64,000 nt of DNA, taken from NCBI RefSeq assembly GCF_009914755.1, contig NC_060946.1; one strand, given 5' to 3'. Origin of the DNA: the human T2T-CHM13v2.0 reference genome, Homo sapiens. The notes under the pieces were generated by a model. The model was not told where the DNA came from. It saw only the letters and a program-made list of their open reading frames with translations, and searched no databases. Every line of letters begins with the position of its first letter. The first letter of the stretch is position 1. Below are positions 15,691-30,000 of the stretch, piece after piece. Position numbers and translations under genes: made by a program.

Positions 15691-15996
15691 AAACTCCATG
15701 ACTCTACTTAGCGTGTTCCCATTGCTTTTCTAACAGCAAACTCTCTCTTTCTCCACACCTGTGGTCCCCTCCATCAGGCCCTGATCCCAATGTATTTTAA
15801 TCACCTTAAGGAAAAGAACTGCATGGGATTAATCTCTGGGTCAATGGTGTCAATCAGTATTTGTTAAATGAATGAAGAATGAATGAAGGAACCCGGTGGA
15901 TTACAGGCCCAGGCGCCTTCTACGCCTGAAAGCTTTCCACATCCTTAACCTCACTTAGCTTCTATGGTAACCCTGCAAAGTGAGTATTCTGTGTCC

Positions 15997-16315
15997 CTCC
16001 CTCCCTCCCTCCCTCTTTTCTTTTCTTTTTTGAGACGGAGTTTCACTCTTGTCACCCAGGCTGGAGTGCAATGGCGCCATCTCTGCTCACTGCAACCCTC
16101 TGCCTCCTGGGTTCAAGTGATTCTCCTGCCTCAGCCTCCTGAGTAGCTGGGATTACAGGCACCTGCCACCACATCCTGCTAATTTTTGTATTTTTAGTAG
16201 AGATGGGGTTTCACCATGTTGGCTAGGCTGGTCTCGAACTCCTGACCTCAGGTGATCCACCCACCTCATTCTCCCAAAGTGCTAGGATTACAGGTGTGAG
16301 CTACCGCGCCTGGCC
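15997..16315 (-). mobile_element. Full-length AluS (Sq/Sx-like), tail degenerated to (GGGA)n
   Basis: Reverse-complement Alu consensus ending CGCGCCTGGCC at 16315; short flanking duplication tctgtgtcc. Confidence 0.93.
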
Positions 16316-16526
16316 TCTGTGTCCATTTCTCAGATGAGAAAGCTGAAACTTAGAAGGCACAATGGGCCGAAAACCCTGGTCATCCAAAGACTCTCCCAGA
16401 CTCCTTCCAGGCCCACCCAACCTTATAGCGGTTACCCAACCGCCTCCCTAGGGGACGCGATTTTGGGAGGCAGGCCCCTTGCCTGGGGCCCGAGGCAGTG
16501 GGGTTGCACCCCCAGAGTGGCACTCA

Positions 16527-16754
<228 letters not shown>

Positions 16755-17029
16755 TCACCAGGCTCAGAGGGGTCCCTCACCAGTCCACGGGTGCCAAGAG
16801 GCAGGGGGACTGGCCGGCCTCTTCTCAGGTCCTGCCTGCTTCTTCCCTCCCCTGGATGCCTTTGTGGTCCACTGTGAGCCTCACCTCTGGGTTCCCATTA
16901 CCCCGAGCCTCCCAGCCCTGGTTACATTCTCTGTGTCACCCAGACTGGCTGGTCCTGGAGGGCAGGGCTGGCTCTCCTGCTTCGGTGAACATGCTTGACA
17001 TGCAGCAGTCACTCAATTAGGAAATCAGC

Positions 17030-17215
17030 CTTAACTGAGCACCTACTGTATGCTTCACAGACCCATCTCATTTAACTCACACAGCCAAGCAAGTCTGAGA
17101 TCCCACTTTACAGATGGAGAAACTGAGGCTCAGAGACCTAAGGTGACTTGCCCGAGCTGATAAGTGTTGGAGGGACAGGAATGGAACTCAGGCCTGGATT
17201 CAAAGTTTGGGGCCC
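17030..17215. mobile_element. MIR (representative; many more MIR fragments, e.g. about 7960-8160, 43725-43910, 61310-61470)
   Basis: MIR core: cactttacagatggagaaactgaggctcagaga...aggtgacttgcc. Confidence 0.75.
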
Positions 17216-18159
17216 TCTCCAGTCTTGTATCACTAGCTCTTTGTTCCCAGGTGGGCAGTGGTGGACCTGCTGCTCAGCCCAGGCTGGCCCGGGTGGTGGC
17301 TGGCATAGGTGCAAGGACCTCTTGGGTACCTCTTGGGTCAAAAACAGCAGACCCTTCGTTCCTTGGTTTCTACTAAACTAGTACCCTAGGCCCCAAGGTC
17401 CCCAAGGGCCTGCCTCAGTCACCCCCACCTCACGGTGGTAGCTCTGCCTTGGCCTGGAACCCTCCCACCACTCTGCTCAGGGGCGGAGGCCCCTATTCAG
17501 CCACCAATGCTACTGCAAACCCAGGATGGTATTTACGAGTCGTGCCGATGGTGATAAACAGGACTGAAAGTCTGAACAAATATAACAATGGAAAAAACCT
17601 AAAGCCCGCTCTCTCAGGCTTAATTAGTATCTTCATAAAAGAGATCGCTGTATCTAATTTGTATCACTGAAAAGGGGCTTCGCTGGCTGAATACATTCCT
17701 TTAACCACAAAGGCAGTGGCTTTGCAGGAGTTCCTCCAGCTCGTTGAAAGCTCTGTGTCTGCTGAGAGGTTATTAGACTGCAGCCCACACAGCTCCCCAC
17801 CTACCCACCCGGGGCTGCTGCAGGGGAGTCCCAGCTGGGCTGGGCTGGGCTGGAAGATGGGCAGGCGGCCTTCATGTGCTGGGGTGCTGAGGCTGCCTCC
17901 GGCGGGGGGCATGAAATTCCACACCCCTTCCCCCACAGACAGCACCCTCTTCTGTGGGGATGGGCATGACCACTGCGAGAGAAAGGTCTCAGCTTTTGGG
18001 GAACCAGGGGAGCTCTCCAGGCCCCCTTCTCTTCCTCAACCTTAAGAAAGAAGAATACCCCCTCTGGGGATGTAGAGGTTATTAGAGAGCCCCAAGTAGA
18101 CAGCTGTCTCACCCCATCTCATTTATTCCCATCGTACAGGGGAGAAAACTGTGGCTCAG

Positions 18160-18342
18160 AGCAGCAGTTCCCAAAGTGTGGCCCCTGATCGGCCTCGAGG
18201 GCATCCCCGGAGGGCTTGTCAGAAATGCAGATTCTCAGGCCACTGGGCTTCTGAATCAGAAGCTCCGGGGTAGGCCCCGCCGTCTGTCCTGGCAAGCCCT
18301 CCAGGGGATGCTGATGGGCTTGGGTTTGGGGCCCACTGGCCT
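18160..18342. mobile_element. MER5A-like hAT-Charlie remnant
   Basis: cagcagttcccaaagtgtgg...cttgtcagaaatgcagattctcaggcc...ctgaatcagaa...caagccctccaggggatgctgatg. Confidence 0.75.
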
Positions 18343-19547
18343 AGCGGCAAGGGGCAGAGGCAGCTAGCCAGTTCCGGTCACTGTCTGGGTCACTGCCCAG
18401 GTCAGTGAGGAGGCCCTGCTCACGCTCAGTGCGTGGGCAGCTGGGGAGGAACCAGGCACACTCACGCTGCTGGGCAGAAAGTCTAGCTTAGGCCCTGGGA
18501 CCAGCCCGTGAGGCTACCACAGGACTCAGGGAGGGAAGGGACAGAGCGGTAGGGCAGCATGGGGAGGCAGCCTTTGAGCTGGGCCTCAAGGGACTGGGAG
18601 GAGCCTGATATGCAGAGATGGGGGGCCGGGGAGGGCAGGCCCGGCGAGGTTGGGGGATGTGGAAGGGTCCTGCCCATTACCAGCACCCAGCTCACCCGGC
18701 CACCACTGGGCGGTCAGCGCCATGGGCTTTGGCCATTTGGTAACGATGAAGCCTCCCCGGCTGCCTTCCCGGAGCCAACAGAGCCCTGGGCTGGGAGCCG
18801 GGACAACCGGGTGGGAGTCCTGGCATGAGGCTGCCTGGGCCATCGTGACCTCTCTGGCCTCCTCCCCTCACTGATGAAAGACTCATGGTCTCCAAGGCGG
18901 GCTGGGGGCTCCCAGGAGCGTTTTGTAAACAGCAAGGCGCAGCCCCCACCTAGAGAAAGAGGCTGTGTGTGCACTAGGGGCCCTACGAGCACTAGAGGCT
19001 GTAAAGGGCAGTAAAGGGCAGCATCCGTGGGCTTCTGCTCTGGGGCATGGCGTGACTCCAGGCCGAGGGACACTCTGTTAGGAGGCCCCAGCAGAGCAGG
19101 GACGCAAAGGAGAGAGCCGCATTTCGGGCCCCGAAGCCTCAACCATGAACGCACCCCTGTGTGCACAGCTCCACGTAACTCCTGCATCTGGATGGCCCTG
19201 ATTCACTGGCTGGCCCCTCCCCTGAAGGGGTGACCTCGGGCAGGCCGCTTTCCTTCTGAGTGTCTCACCTTCCTCATTTGTAAAATGGGCTGAGTGGGTC
19301 CGTCCTCCAGGGATGGTGAGGACCAGGTGAGCCAAAGCATGGGAAGCATCTGGGGTGGGGAGAGCAGCTGGGTAGCCCCCAGACCCCTGGCCTGGGCGTG
19401 GCTTTGGCTTTGCTGTCCGGGGAGCCCTGCCAAGCACCCCCAGACATCCTCATAGCCTCCCTCTGAGCTGCCCCCAGCAAAGGGGCAGGGGCTGAAAACC
19501 ACCAGGCCAGTGTCAGTGACCCTGTTAGAGCATGCGGGCATGAGGAG

Positions 19548-20125
19548 GTACAGAGAGACACAGAGACAGAGACAGAGAGATGGAGACAGAGACAGAAAGA
19601 CAGAGTCAGAGAAAGACAGAGACAGAGACAGAAACACAAAGACAGAGATAGAAAAAGACAGAGGCAGACATAGACAGAGACAGAGACACAGAGAGATAGA
19701 CAGAGACAGAGAGACAGAGACAGACACAGAGACACAGAAAGACAGAGACAGAGAGACAGAGACAGAGACAGAAACAGAGACAGACACAGAGACACAGAGA
19801 GACAGACAGAGACAGACACAGAGACATAGACAGAGACAAAGACAAAGAGGCAGAGGACAGAAACAGAGAGACAGAGACAGACACAGAGACACAGAAAGAG
19901 ACAGAGAGACAGAGACAGACACAGAGACACAGAAAGACAGACAGAGACAGACACAGAGAGACAGACAGAGAGACAGAGACAGAGAGACAGAGAGACAGAA
20001 ACAGAGAGAGACAGAGACAGAGAGAGATAGAGATACAGAGACAGACACAGACACACAGAGAGAGACAGAGACAGACAGAAAGACAGAGAGACAGAGACCC
20101 AGAGACACAGAAAGACAGAGGGAGA
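19548..20125. repeat. Compound (GA/CA/AGAC)n simple repeat, about 580 bp, in the intron after the first coding exon
   Basis: Continuous agacagagac-type sequence. Confidence 0.95.
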
Positions 20126-20734
20126 GGAAGCCAGAGAGCCAGAGGGGGCTCCTTGCTGGGAGCAGGCCCTGGCTGGGGAGCAGGGCTGCCCTTGAACTTG
20201 GGCTCTCAGCTCTAGCTGGGAGGAGCAGAGGACTTAGTTTGTGCTCATCCTTGTAACTGGGAGAGCAGGAGCCCACCTGCGACCTCAACTGGGATCCCAG
20301 GGACAGCCCAGGAGGCTGGTCGGGCTAGAATCCGCTAACTGCCTTGTCCTAGGCAAGTCAGGTCCCTCTCCAAGCCTCAGTTTCCTCATCTATAAAATGG
20401 GATGACTAGGACACTGCCTAACCTTGTCTCGCAGGGGCAAAGGAGAGAATGTGAGTCAGGGCTTCTCCCGAGGGTCCTGGCAGCCAGCTGAGCTCCCATG
20501 GGAAGTCCCAGGGCTGCGGTGCACAGTAGAGATAGAGACAGAGAGACAGAGACAGACAGAGACCAACCACACAGCAACCAACATCAGCTGCTCACCAGAG
20601 GGGTGCCAGTAAGGTGGAGGACAAAAGGCAAGCCTCTGTGTGCCCCCAGAACCCCAGATGGGCCAGCACGAATCTCAGGAAGAGCCCACACCCCCACGTG
20701 CCGCCCCCGCCCCCAGCATCCACGGAGGTTTTAC

Positions 20735-20801
20735 CTGCAGAAAACAGCAATGAGAAGAGGACGGCGAGCACGTTCAAGGACTGCTGGCCACAACTGGTCA
20801 T
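20735..20801 (-). CDS. SHISAL1: SHISAL1 first coding exon (exon ~20735-20833 including 32 nt 5'UTR); encodes MTSCGQQSLNVLAVLFSLLFSA + phase-1 G (signal peptide)
   Basis: ATG at 20801-20799 with A at -3; hydrophobic signal-like N-terminus; acceptor ctctcattgaacag| before 20833; donor GCAG|GTAAAA at 20735/20734; joins in frame to the next exon (G|TC = Val). Matches my recollection of the KIAA1644/SHISAL1 protein. Confidence 0.95.
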
Positions 20802-21389
20802 CGTCTGGCTTGCATTGATCCGTCCAGAGCTGCCTGTTCAATGAGAGCCACGAGAGGCTGGGTGTGGGCTGTCTCGCCTGACACTGGCTTTCCTGCCCAC
20901 AGCGGGGGACGGGCAGGCGGGCAGCGGGCAGGAGAGCGAGTTTGTCGGGAGCAGGGGCCGGGTGCGGACGATGGAGATGCCGCCATCCAATTTCCTTTCT
21001 GGAATGAATGACCTTCCCCCACAAGCCAACTGTCACCTCCTTTTCTTTTCATGGCAAAATGAGACTTAATCAAAGGAGGACGGATGGCTCAGGTGGTGGA
21101 AATGACCGGCCGGCAGAGGCTGGTGGCCAGGCACCAGAGCTGCAGGAGTGAGGATGCCCGGGCTGGCCCGGCCACCTCGAGGAGCTTACAGGACCCAGGT
21201 CCCCTGCTGTGTCGCTAAGGTGGAGGGTTTCATGGTGACTTCCATGAACCCCTCCACAAGTATGCACGGAGCCAGGCAGCTTCCGAGGCACAAGGCACAC
21301 AGCAGTGCATGAAATAGAAGCAGTTCCTCCCTGGAGCCCCTGTGTTCTACTCAGGAAGGCTGACAACACGCAAACAAATGAATGTTTAA

Positions 21390-23071
<1,682 letters not shown>

Positions 23072-23135
23072 CTACTATGTGCCCGGCTCTGGGCCAGAAG
23101 AGGTACTGTACCCCATCCTCTCCCTGGTGGCACCC

Positions 23136-23583
23136 TGTTATGGTATGTGAATTGTGTTCCCCCCAAATTCACATGTTGAAGTCCTAACTCCCAGGACTCA
23201 GAAGGTTGACGCTGTTTGGAAATAGGGTCATCACGGAGGTCATTAGTTAAGATGAGGTCATCAGGGTGAAGTAGGGTGGCTCCCTAATCCAAGAAGACTG
23301 GTGTTTTTTATAAAAAGGGACAATTTGGACACAGAAACACCTGTGCAGGGAAAACACTATGGGAAGATGGAGGCAGAGGTTGGGGTGATGCACATATAAG
23401 CCAAGGAATGCCAAAGATTGCCAGCGAACCCCCAGGAACAGATTCGTCCCTACAGCCTCATAAGGACCCAACCCTGCTGACACCCTGACTTGGACTTCCA
23501 GCCTCCAGGCTGAGAGAGTAAATTCCTCTTGTTGAAACCTCCTGGTTTGAGGAGCTTTGCTAGGCAGCCCGAGCAAACAGGTA
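23136..23583 (+). mobile_element. MaLR solo LTR (MLT1B-like)
   Basis: TGTTATGG...gaattgtgttccccccaaattcacatgttgaagtcctaac start, ttaagatgaggtcat, ttggacttccagcctccag...gagagagtaaattcc end. Confidence 0.85.
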
Positions 23584-26124
23584 CAGCCTCTCATGTGGAG
23601 CCTGGTCCGTGGAAGGGCTGGGTTGGGTCCACACGAGGAAGCTCACCTGCATACTTGGGGGCAGGGTCTGATGTGAGGATGGTGGGGCCTGGAGAGCCCC
23701 GAATCCCACCCGGGTGGGAGACCCTGAGGACCTCCTGGCCTGGCTGAACCACCCTCCCATCCCCCAGCCCCACCTCCACCATCTGCAGAGCAGACTCCCT
23801 GCCCGCTCCATCCTGTCCACGCCAGGTGAGGCCCTCCGCCCCCCAGGAGGACGGTTTCAGAGTTGAACATGCAGTGCAGGGATCTGCTGCCAGACCACAC
23901 GTTTCTGAAAGAAGAGATGGTGGAAGATGATGGGCAGTCCAAAGAAACAAGCCCCTCTGCATGCCCAGACTGTCCTGGCACCTGCTCTGGGCCCTGGGAG
24001 CCACCCAGCAGCTGCCTTGCCCTCCAGAGCTCACAGCCTGGTCAGGGAGAGCAGAGGGGACACCAACCTGGGTCCCAGGGCAGCTCTGAATGCTGCTTTA
24101 CTGGGGGCAGAGTTAGGGCTCTGGGCAGGCAGAAAGGAAAGCCACTCGGGCCACCCAGAGGTTGGAGACTTCGGAGCGAGGAGATGGGGCAAAACTCAAG
24201 GCCAAACGCACAGCGCTCATGGCCTGGCCCTGGCCTAGGCCCTGCTTCTGCAGCCTTGGTCTCCTCCCCTGTAGCATGGGCATCGTGGCGGGAGCTGGGA
24301 CGTCAGGTGCTGACCTTGTGAAGTCTGGTTTGCCAGAACAAGGGAAGGGACTATCAGGATTGTAAAATGCCACTGAAACGCAGGCCTCTAACACTAAGCT
24401 TACTCATCTCTTCCTCTGGGGAGGGGCTGCCCCCATCCACCCGCAGGCCTCTCTGCTCCCACCACTGCCCTGCTCGTCCCTGGGAGCTGTAAGCTGCTTA
24501 ATTGCTCTGAGCCTGGGCCTCCTCCCAGCCTCCTTCTGGCCCTCCTGGGAGGATAAGCCGAGGTCAAGCATCTGGGAGTGCTCAGGAATGGATTTCTCCG
24601 GGGGAGTCCTATGGATCAGCCCTGGAAAATGCGCTGTGGGAGTGGAGAGTGACGGGACCCCTGAGATGCCTCCCCCGTGCTCCATTCTACAGATGGGGAA
24701 GCTGAGGCCCAATAAGAGTTGAAACAGGTCCCCAGACTCCAGCTCCACTGGCCCCCGTAGGGTGGGGCTGCCCCACTTCTGTGGCTGGGGCTCAGGTCCA
24801 AGAGCTGGTAGGTTTGTTGAGTGAATGAGGAGGATCTACCTTAGCCACAGGCCTGGCCCCTGCTCCTGGTGCTCCAACTCCCTACAAAGCCCTGAGTGTA
24901 CTGGCTGATGTTGCGGGGCTGATGTTCACCCCTGGGGGGTACTCTTCCTTCACCCCTAGGAGTCCAAATCCTGCATCACTTTAGAAGCTGCTTCAGTACT
25001 ACCTCCTCCAGGAAGCCTGCCATGATTTTATCAGCTGGAAAAAGTTTGCCCCTCCACTGAGGGCTATAGTATTCCATCTCTTCTTTCATTCATGTGTTAA
25101 TTCATTTATTCATTCACTTATTCTCTCAACACCCACTTGCTGACCTGCACTCGGGGCCAGGCCCTGGGCTGGGCTCTAGGAACACAGAAGAGGTGAGTCC
25201 CTGCCCTCAGGGAGCACAGGCAAGGGTGCCCAGCAGCCTCCCGTTATGCGATTCTTCCCAGGACCTCTTCTACTAGGCCATGAGGGTCCTGGCCAGGGCT
25301 GGCCCTCAGCCCCCGATCTGCCTTCGCAGACCCAGGGTCCAGAGCTGGAGAGGCCTTTATGCCTCTGGGGGACAGTTCCAGAGATGAACGCACACTGCAG
25401 AGATTTGTTGTGAGACAACGTGGTTCTAGGAAAGGACAGTGTGCAGCCTGAAGGCGGGGGCTGGGGCTTAGGAGTTCGAGGGACTGGGTGGGAATCCCAG
25501 CCCTGCGGGACACCAGCCTTGGGCCCTCAGGCACACCCCGTGGTCATGTGGATTTGCACACTGCAGGTGTCCCTGCCACAGCACGCTGTGGTTGCGCTGG
25601 TCCCACGTCCAGCCTGGGCTTTCCTTGGGGGTCTGTTTGGCATCCATGGCCTGGCTGTGCCCCCAACCCCCCGAGTCTGGCCTGAGATAGGTCACCGTGC
25701 GATCAAAGCCGCAGCCCTGTATGCTGGACAAAAGCCCCAGGGGCGTGTGGGGAACTCTGGATGAAGGGGTCTGGGGGATTCTGCATGAGGAGGTAGGGGC
25801 TGCCCTTACTCCCCACGCCCCCAAGGCAGCTCAGGGCCAGAGCTGAAAGCTGAATCCTCAGTAGAAAGAATAACCCGCCGTGCGTCACGAGAAGTTACCT
25901 AAGTAAAAATTCCATTTCTAATGATCTGAGACAGCAAAGCTTAGAAGCCAACCTCCCCATTCCAAGCTAGGTCAGAAAGCTACTTTGGAAACCTCCCCAG
26001 GCCTTGGGGACCAGCCAGCTGCTGTGATCCCAGTCAGGCTTCCATGAGGCGGCCAGCCTCAGGGCCATGAGTTCAATAGCACTGATGTTCACAAGGCCAA
26101 AGTCATCACCTTGGGTCCCTCCGT

Positions 26125-26895
26125 GGGATGTGCAGAGGGGGAACTGAGCTCAAGGAGCTCTGACGACGATGGCGTGTGTGGAGGGGACCTGGGCTCAGGG
26201 AGCTGTGATGACGATGGCATGTGTGGAGGGTACCTGGGCTCGGGGAGCTGTGATGACGATGGCGTGTGCGGAGGGGAACTGAGCTCGGGGAGCTGTGATG
26301 ACGATGGCGTGTGCAGAGGGGACCTGGGCTCAGGGGGCTGTGATGATGATGGTGTGTGTGGAGGAGACCTGGGCTCAGGGAGCTGTGATGACGATGGCAT
26401 GTGTAGAGGGTACCTGGGCTCGGGGAGCTCTGATGACGATGGCGTGTGTGGAGGGGAACTGGGCTCAAGGAGCTGTGATGACGATGGCGTGTGTGGAGGG
26501 GACCTGGGCTCGGGGAGCTGTGATGACGATGGTGTGTGTGGAAGGGACCTGGGCTCAGGGAGCTCTGATGACGATGGCGTGTGGAGGGGACCTGGGCTCG
26601 GGGAGCTGTGATGACGATGGCGTGTGCGGAGGGGACCTGGGCTCGGGGAATTGTGATGACGACGGCGTGTGTGGAGGGGACCTGGGCTCGGGGAGCTGTG
26701 ATGACGATGGCGTGTGCAGAGGGGACCTGGGCTCGGGGAGGTGTGATGATGATGGCGTGTGTGGAAGGGACCTGTGCTCGGGGAGCTCTGATGACGATGG
26801 CGTGTGTGGAGGGGACCTGGGCTTAGGAAGCTGTGATGACGATGGTGTGTGTGGAGGGGACCTGGGATCTGGGAGCTCTGATAATGATGGCGTGT
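26125..26895. repeat. 45-bp minisatellite, about 17 copies (gagctgtgatgacgatggcgtgtgtggaggggacctgggctcggg)
   Basis: The gatgacgat core recurs every 45 nt (26162 to 26880), with one 43-nt unit near 26580. Confidence 0.96.
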
Positions 26896-27022
26896 TACAC
26901 CACTGGACAACATCCCCTGAGGGGCCCCACAAATGAGGTCTGTGGGACACCACTCCGGCAGCCCAAGAACAGGCCTGGAAGGGCGTCCGCCGTCCTCCAT
27001 CCTCCTGTGGGCCTTGTGCTGC

Positions 27023-27093
27023 CTGCCACCTGGGGCTGCTGACCGAGGCTGGCTCACTCTGCCACCTGGGGCTGCTGACCCAGGCTGGCTCAC
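27023..27093. repeat. 36-bp tandem duplication (ctgccacctggggctgctgacc(g/c)aggctggctcac)
   Basis: Two adjacent near-identical copies. Confidence 0.9.
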
Positions 27094-30000
27094 ACTTGCA
27101 GAGTTCTTGGTGCACCAGGCTGAACCCTGGTATTCACTGCACTGTCTCAGGTGACCCCCATGTCAGCCTAAGGAGGTGGATCACCAAGCTCCCATCTCAG
27201 AAGGGTGAAGCTGAGACTCAGAGAGGTGAAGTGACTTGCCCAAGGTCACACAGCCACTCAGCAGCAAAGCTCACTCTACCTCCTGGCACTGAAAAAGCTT
27301 CTGAGGCCTCCTGAGGACCCCCAGAAAGCACATTTACCAGAGACAGATTAAATTTATCCTCCCGGGTTCTATTTCTCTGAAAATTGGTAAACTTCCTAAG
27401 ATGGTAGTCCGTGGCCAACAACAAAACTCAAACAACTGGAAGAACATTCTGGCTGAGTGGGACGTTCCTGAACACTCGTTGTTTGACCATGGCCAGAATC
27501 ACGAGTCAGGCATGCATCTCTGCGGGCCACCCCTCCGGTCAGCCTGGGACTGCTGCTCCGAGATTTGAAGGTTATTTTTAAACACCGAACTTGGCGAGGC
27601 TGGGGAAGGAGAGGAAGGAGGGCACGTGAAGAGAAACAGAGCTGGGAAGATGAATTAAACCCCACCAGGAACAGCAACGGATCTGTTTTTGTGTCAGCCA
27701 GGTTCGGCAGGGCAGGATGCAGGATGGCCTGCGGGGAGGGGCTGAGGCCTCAGGCTCCCACAGGCCTGGATGCTGGCCTGATGCCTGGAGACCCCCTACA
27801 GCACTGGGGGCTTCCAGCCAGCCCCTCCTCAGCCCACCACGCCCCACTTCTGGGCACGACCAAGCGCGACACCTCCAGTCCACTGCAGGACTGGGTCTAG
27901 GGCAGCAGGGCTTGGGGGTCGAGCCCTCTGCCTGGGACCAAGTCCTGGCTCCACCTTCTGTAACCACATCCCATGTGACCTGGGGTGACACCTGAGCCTC
28001 AGTGTCCTCAGCCCTAGAATGGGGACCAACATCGGCATCTAATTCACCAACTAAAGGAAGTGAGGCATGGAAGCCTTGGACAGGCCTGGCCACGTGCTTC
28101 TTGCTGCTGCTGTCTCTGACTCTGCCTCTTCCATCAACCCAAGCCCTAGGCGGCCCCCAGAGCCAGCTTTCCCAAGTACCCACCTAATCACCTACCTGCC
28201 CCCTTGGGTTCAAGGCTGCGCTCGCACCTGAGGCCCCTTGTGGCCTGGCACTGTGGCCATCTTGCCCTCCCTGTTCCTGGAGCTTCAGCCCTCTGGGTCT
28301 GTGGTGCCTCTGGGCCTTTACTCATGCTGTTCCCCTGTGCTAGGACCACCCTTCCCCTCTCCAAAGCCGTAGCCTGGAGGCTCATCCTGGGTGGCCACCT
28401 CTCAGGGCAGTTCTTCCCCCGTGATTCTCTCACTCCCCAGGCGAGCTTCTGACACTCTGACTTCCCCCGTCCCCAGGGTGATCTCGGGCTGTCTGGAGGC
28501 CATGCTAGGGCAGGGGCTGGGTGGGGTTCATCTGGGGCCAGCATGGGCAGGAGCACTCTGTGCAGCGTGCCTGGTTTGTGTCCTAACTTGAGAGTGAGCT
28601 GGGAGAACAGAGCATGGGCTGCCGAGGGTGGCAGAACCATGACCTCTGCCCCAGGGTTGGCCCTCCTTAGACAGGGGCCACGCTCGGGCCTGAACCCCAC
28701 AGGATGGAGAACAAAGGACAAGTGGCCTGTTCCCCAAACACATCCCACCTACTCTACTGTCATGGGGTCGGGAGGCTGACCTTGGGGTGAGGATGAGTCT
28801 TGCCCAGCATTCTGGGTGTGAAGCGGCTGGTGGCGGAGCTCAGGAGTCTGGGCCTTTGCCCAGCTGGTCCTGCCCGTGGGCATCCCTTTCCCCACCGTGT
28901 ACGTCCAAATTGAACCTGCCCATGGGGCCTGGCTCAAGTGCCACCTCATCCACAAGCAGCCCCAGTTACCAGCCCTCCTGACCCCACTGGTCAGGGAGCG
29001 GTTTCTCTCCTGGTCGCCACTCAGGGATCACCTAACGAGTCTCTACTGTGGACCAACAGTTCTGGACGTGGGGGATTCCCGCTGCCATAAGGCTTACAGC
29101 CTGGGGGGAGGCGGTCACAGACAGTAGATTACGTAATGATGAGTAATTCTATGTGGGCTCGATGATTAGCAGTGGTAGCATTAGCACGGATTAGTAATTC
29201 AACAGGGCAGGGCTCTCTGGAGCCCCACCAACAGTCCTGTGGGTAGGCAGCGGCCCAGCAGAAGGGCAGGAAGTACAGACGAGGAGACGGGCTAGCAGCT
29301 GCAGATCACCCGAGCCCAGGGCAGAGCACGGGGCCCAATGCTCCCCATTCCTCACCCGTTCCCTTCCCACCCAGCCCTATGCTGCACCCTCAGTCTCTCT
29401 GTTACACAGATGGAGAATGTGGGGCTCGGAGAGGGGACTCAAACCCCGGGGTCTGCTCCTGTGCCCTGTCTCCACGACTCATAAGAGTGTTTACCCCTGC
29501 AGGCAGCACTTGTGTGCATGCCTGTCTCCACACAGCACACACATGTACACACGTGTGCACATATGTATCATCAGGGATGTTTAACCTCCACAAGTTTCCC
29601 AGTCTCCAGGGCCTTTCCTCGGCAGTGCAGACCTAATCCTGAGTTTGTGAACTTTTGTTTTCAGGACATCCACTTAGAGGTTATGAAATCTCACTCTGAA
29701 ACGTGAAGTCCAGGAATAAACACTTCTCGAGGCTCCACGCCTGCATATGAAGTGAGATCAAAGCATGTCTTTGTGACCCCTTCATGCTTGCAGGGGGAAG
29801 CGGCAGGAGAGAACTAGGACATCTTTCCTCGCTGTGCTGGCCAGGACCGAGGCAGCCAGAGTGTATGGCTGGAGAAGGACAGAGAAGCAGCCCGTTCGCC
29901 TGCAGCTGGGGTGCCGGGCTCCACGGCTGACAGTGAGTGAGAAGGGCCAGCACCTCACACCCTAGTAACGGCCAATGTGACCTGAGCCCTGCTGACCTGA

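Noticed and set aside
19203-20288. Long ORFs of 248-361 aa on both strands
   Set aside because: Translations of the AGAC simple repeat.
26089-27115. Repeat-protein ORFs, CRISPR-like array or C/D-box snoRNA array (GTGATGA in each unit)
   Set aside because: Head-to-tail 45-bp minisatellite without spacers; a frameshifted unit breaks the frame; the C-box-like motif is on the strand antisense to the host gene, with no consistent D box or terminal stem.
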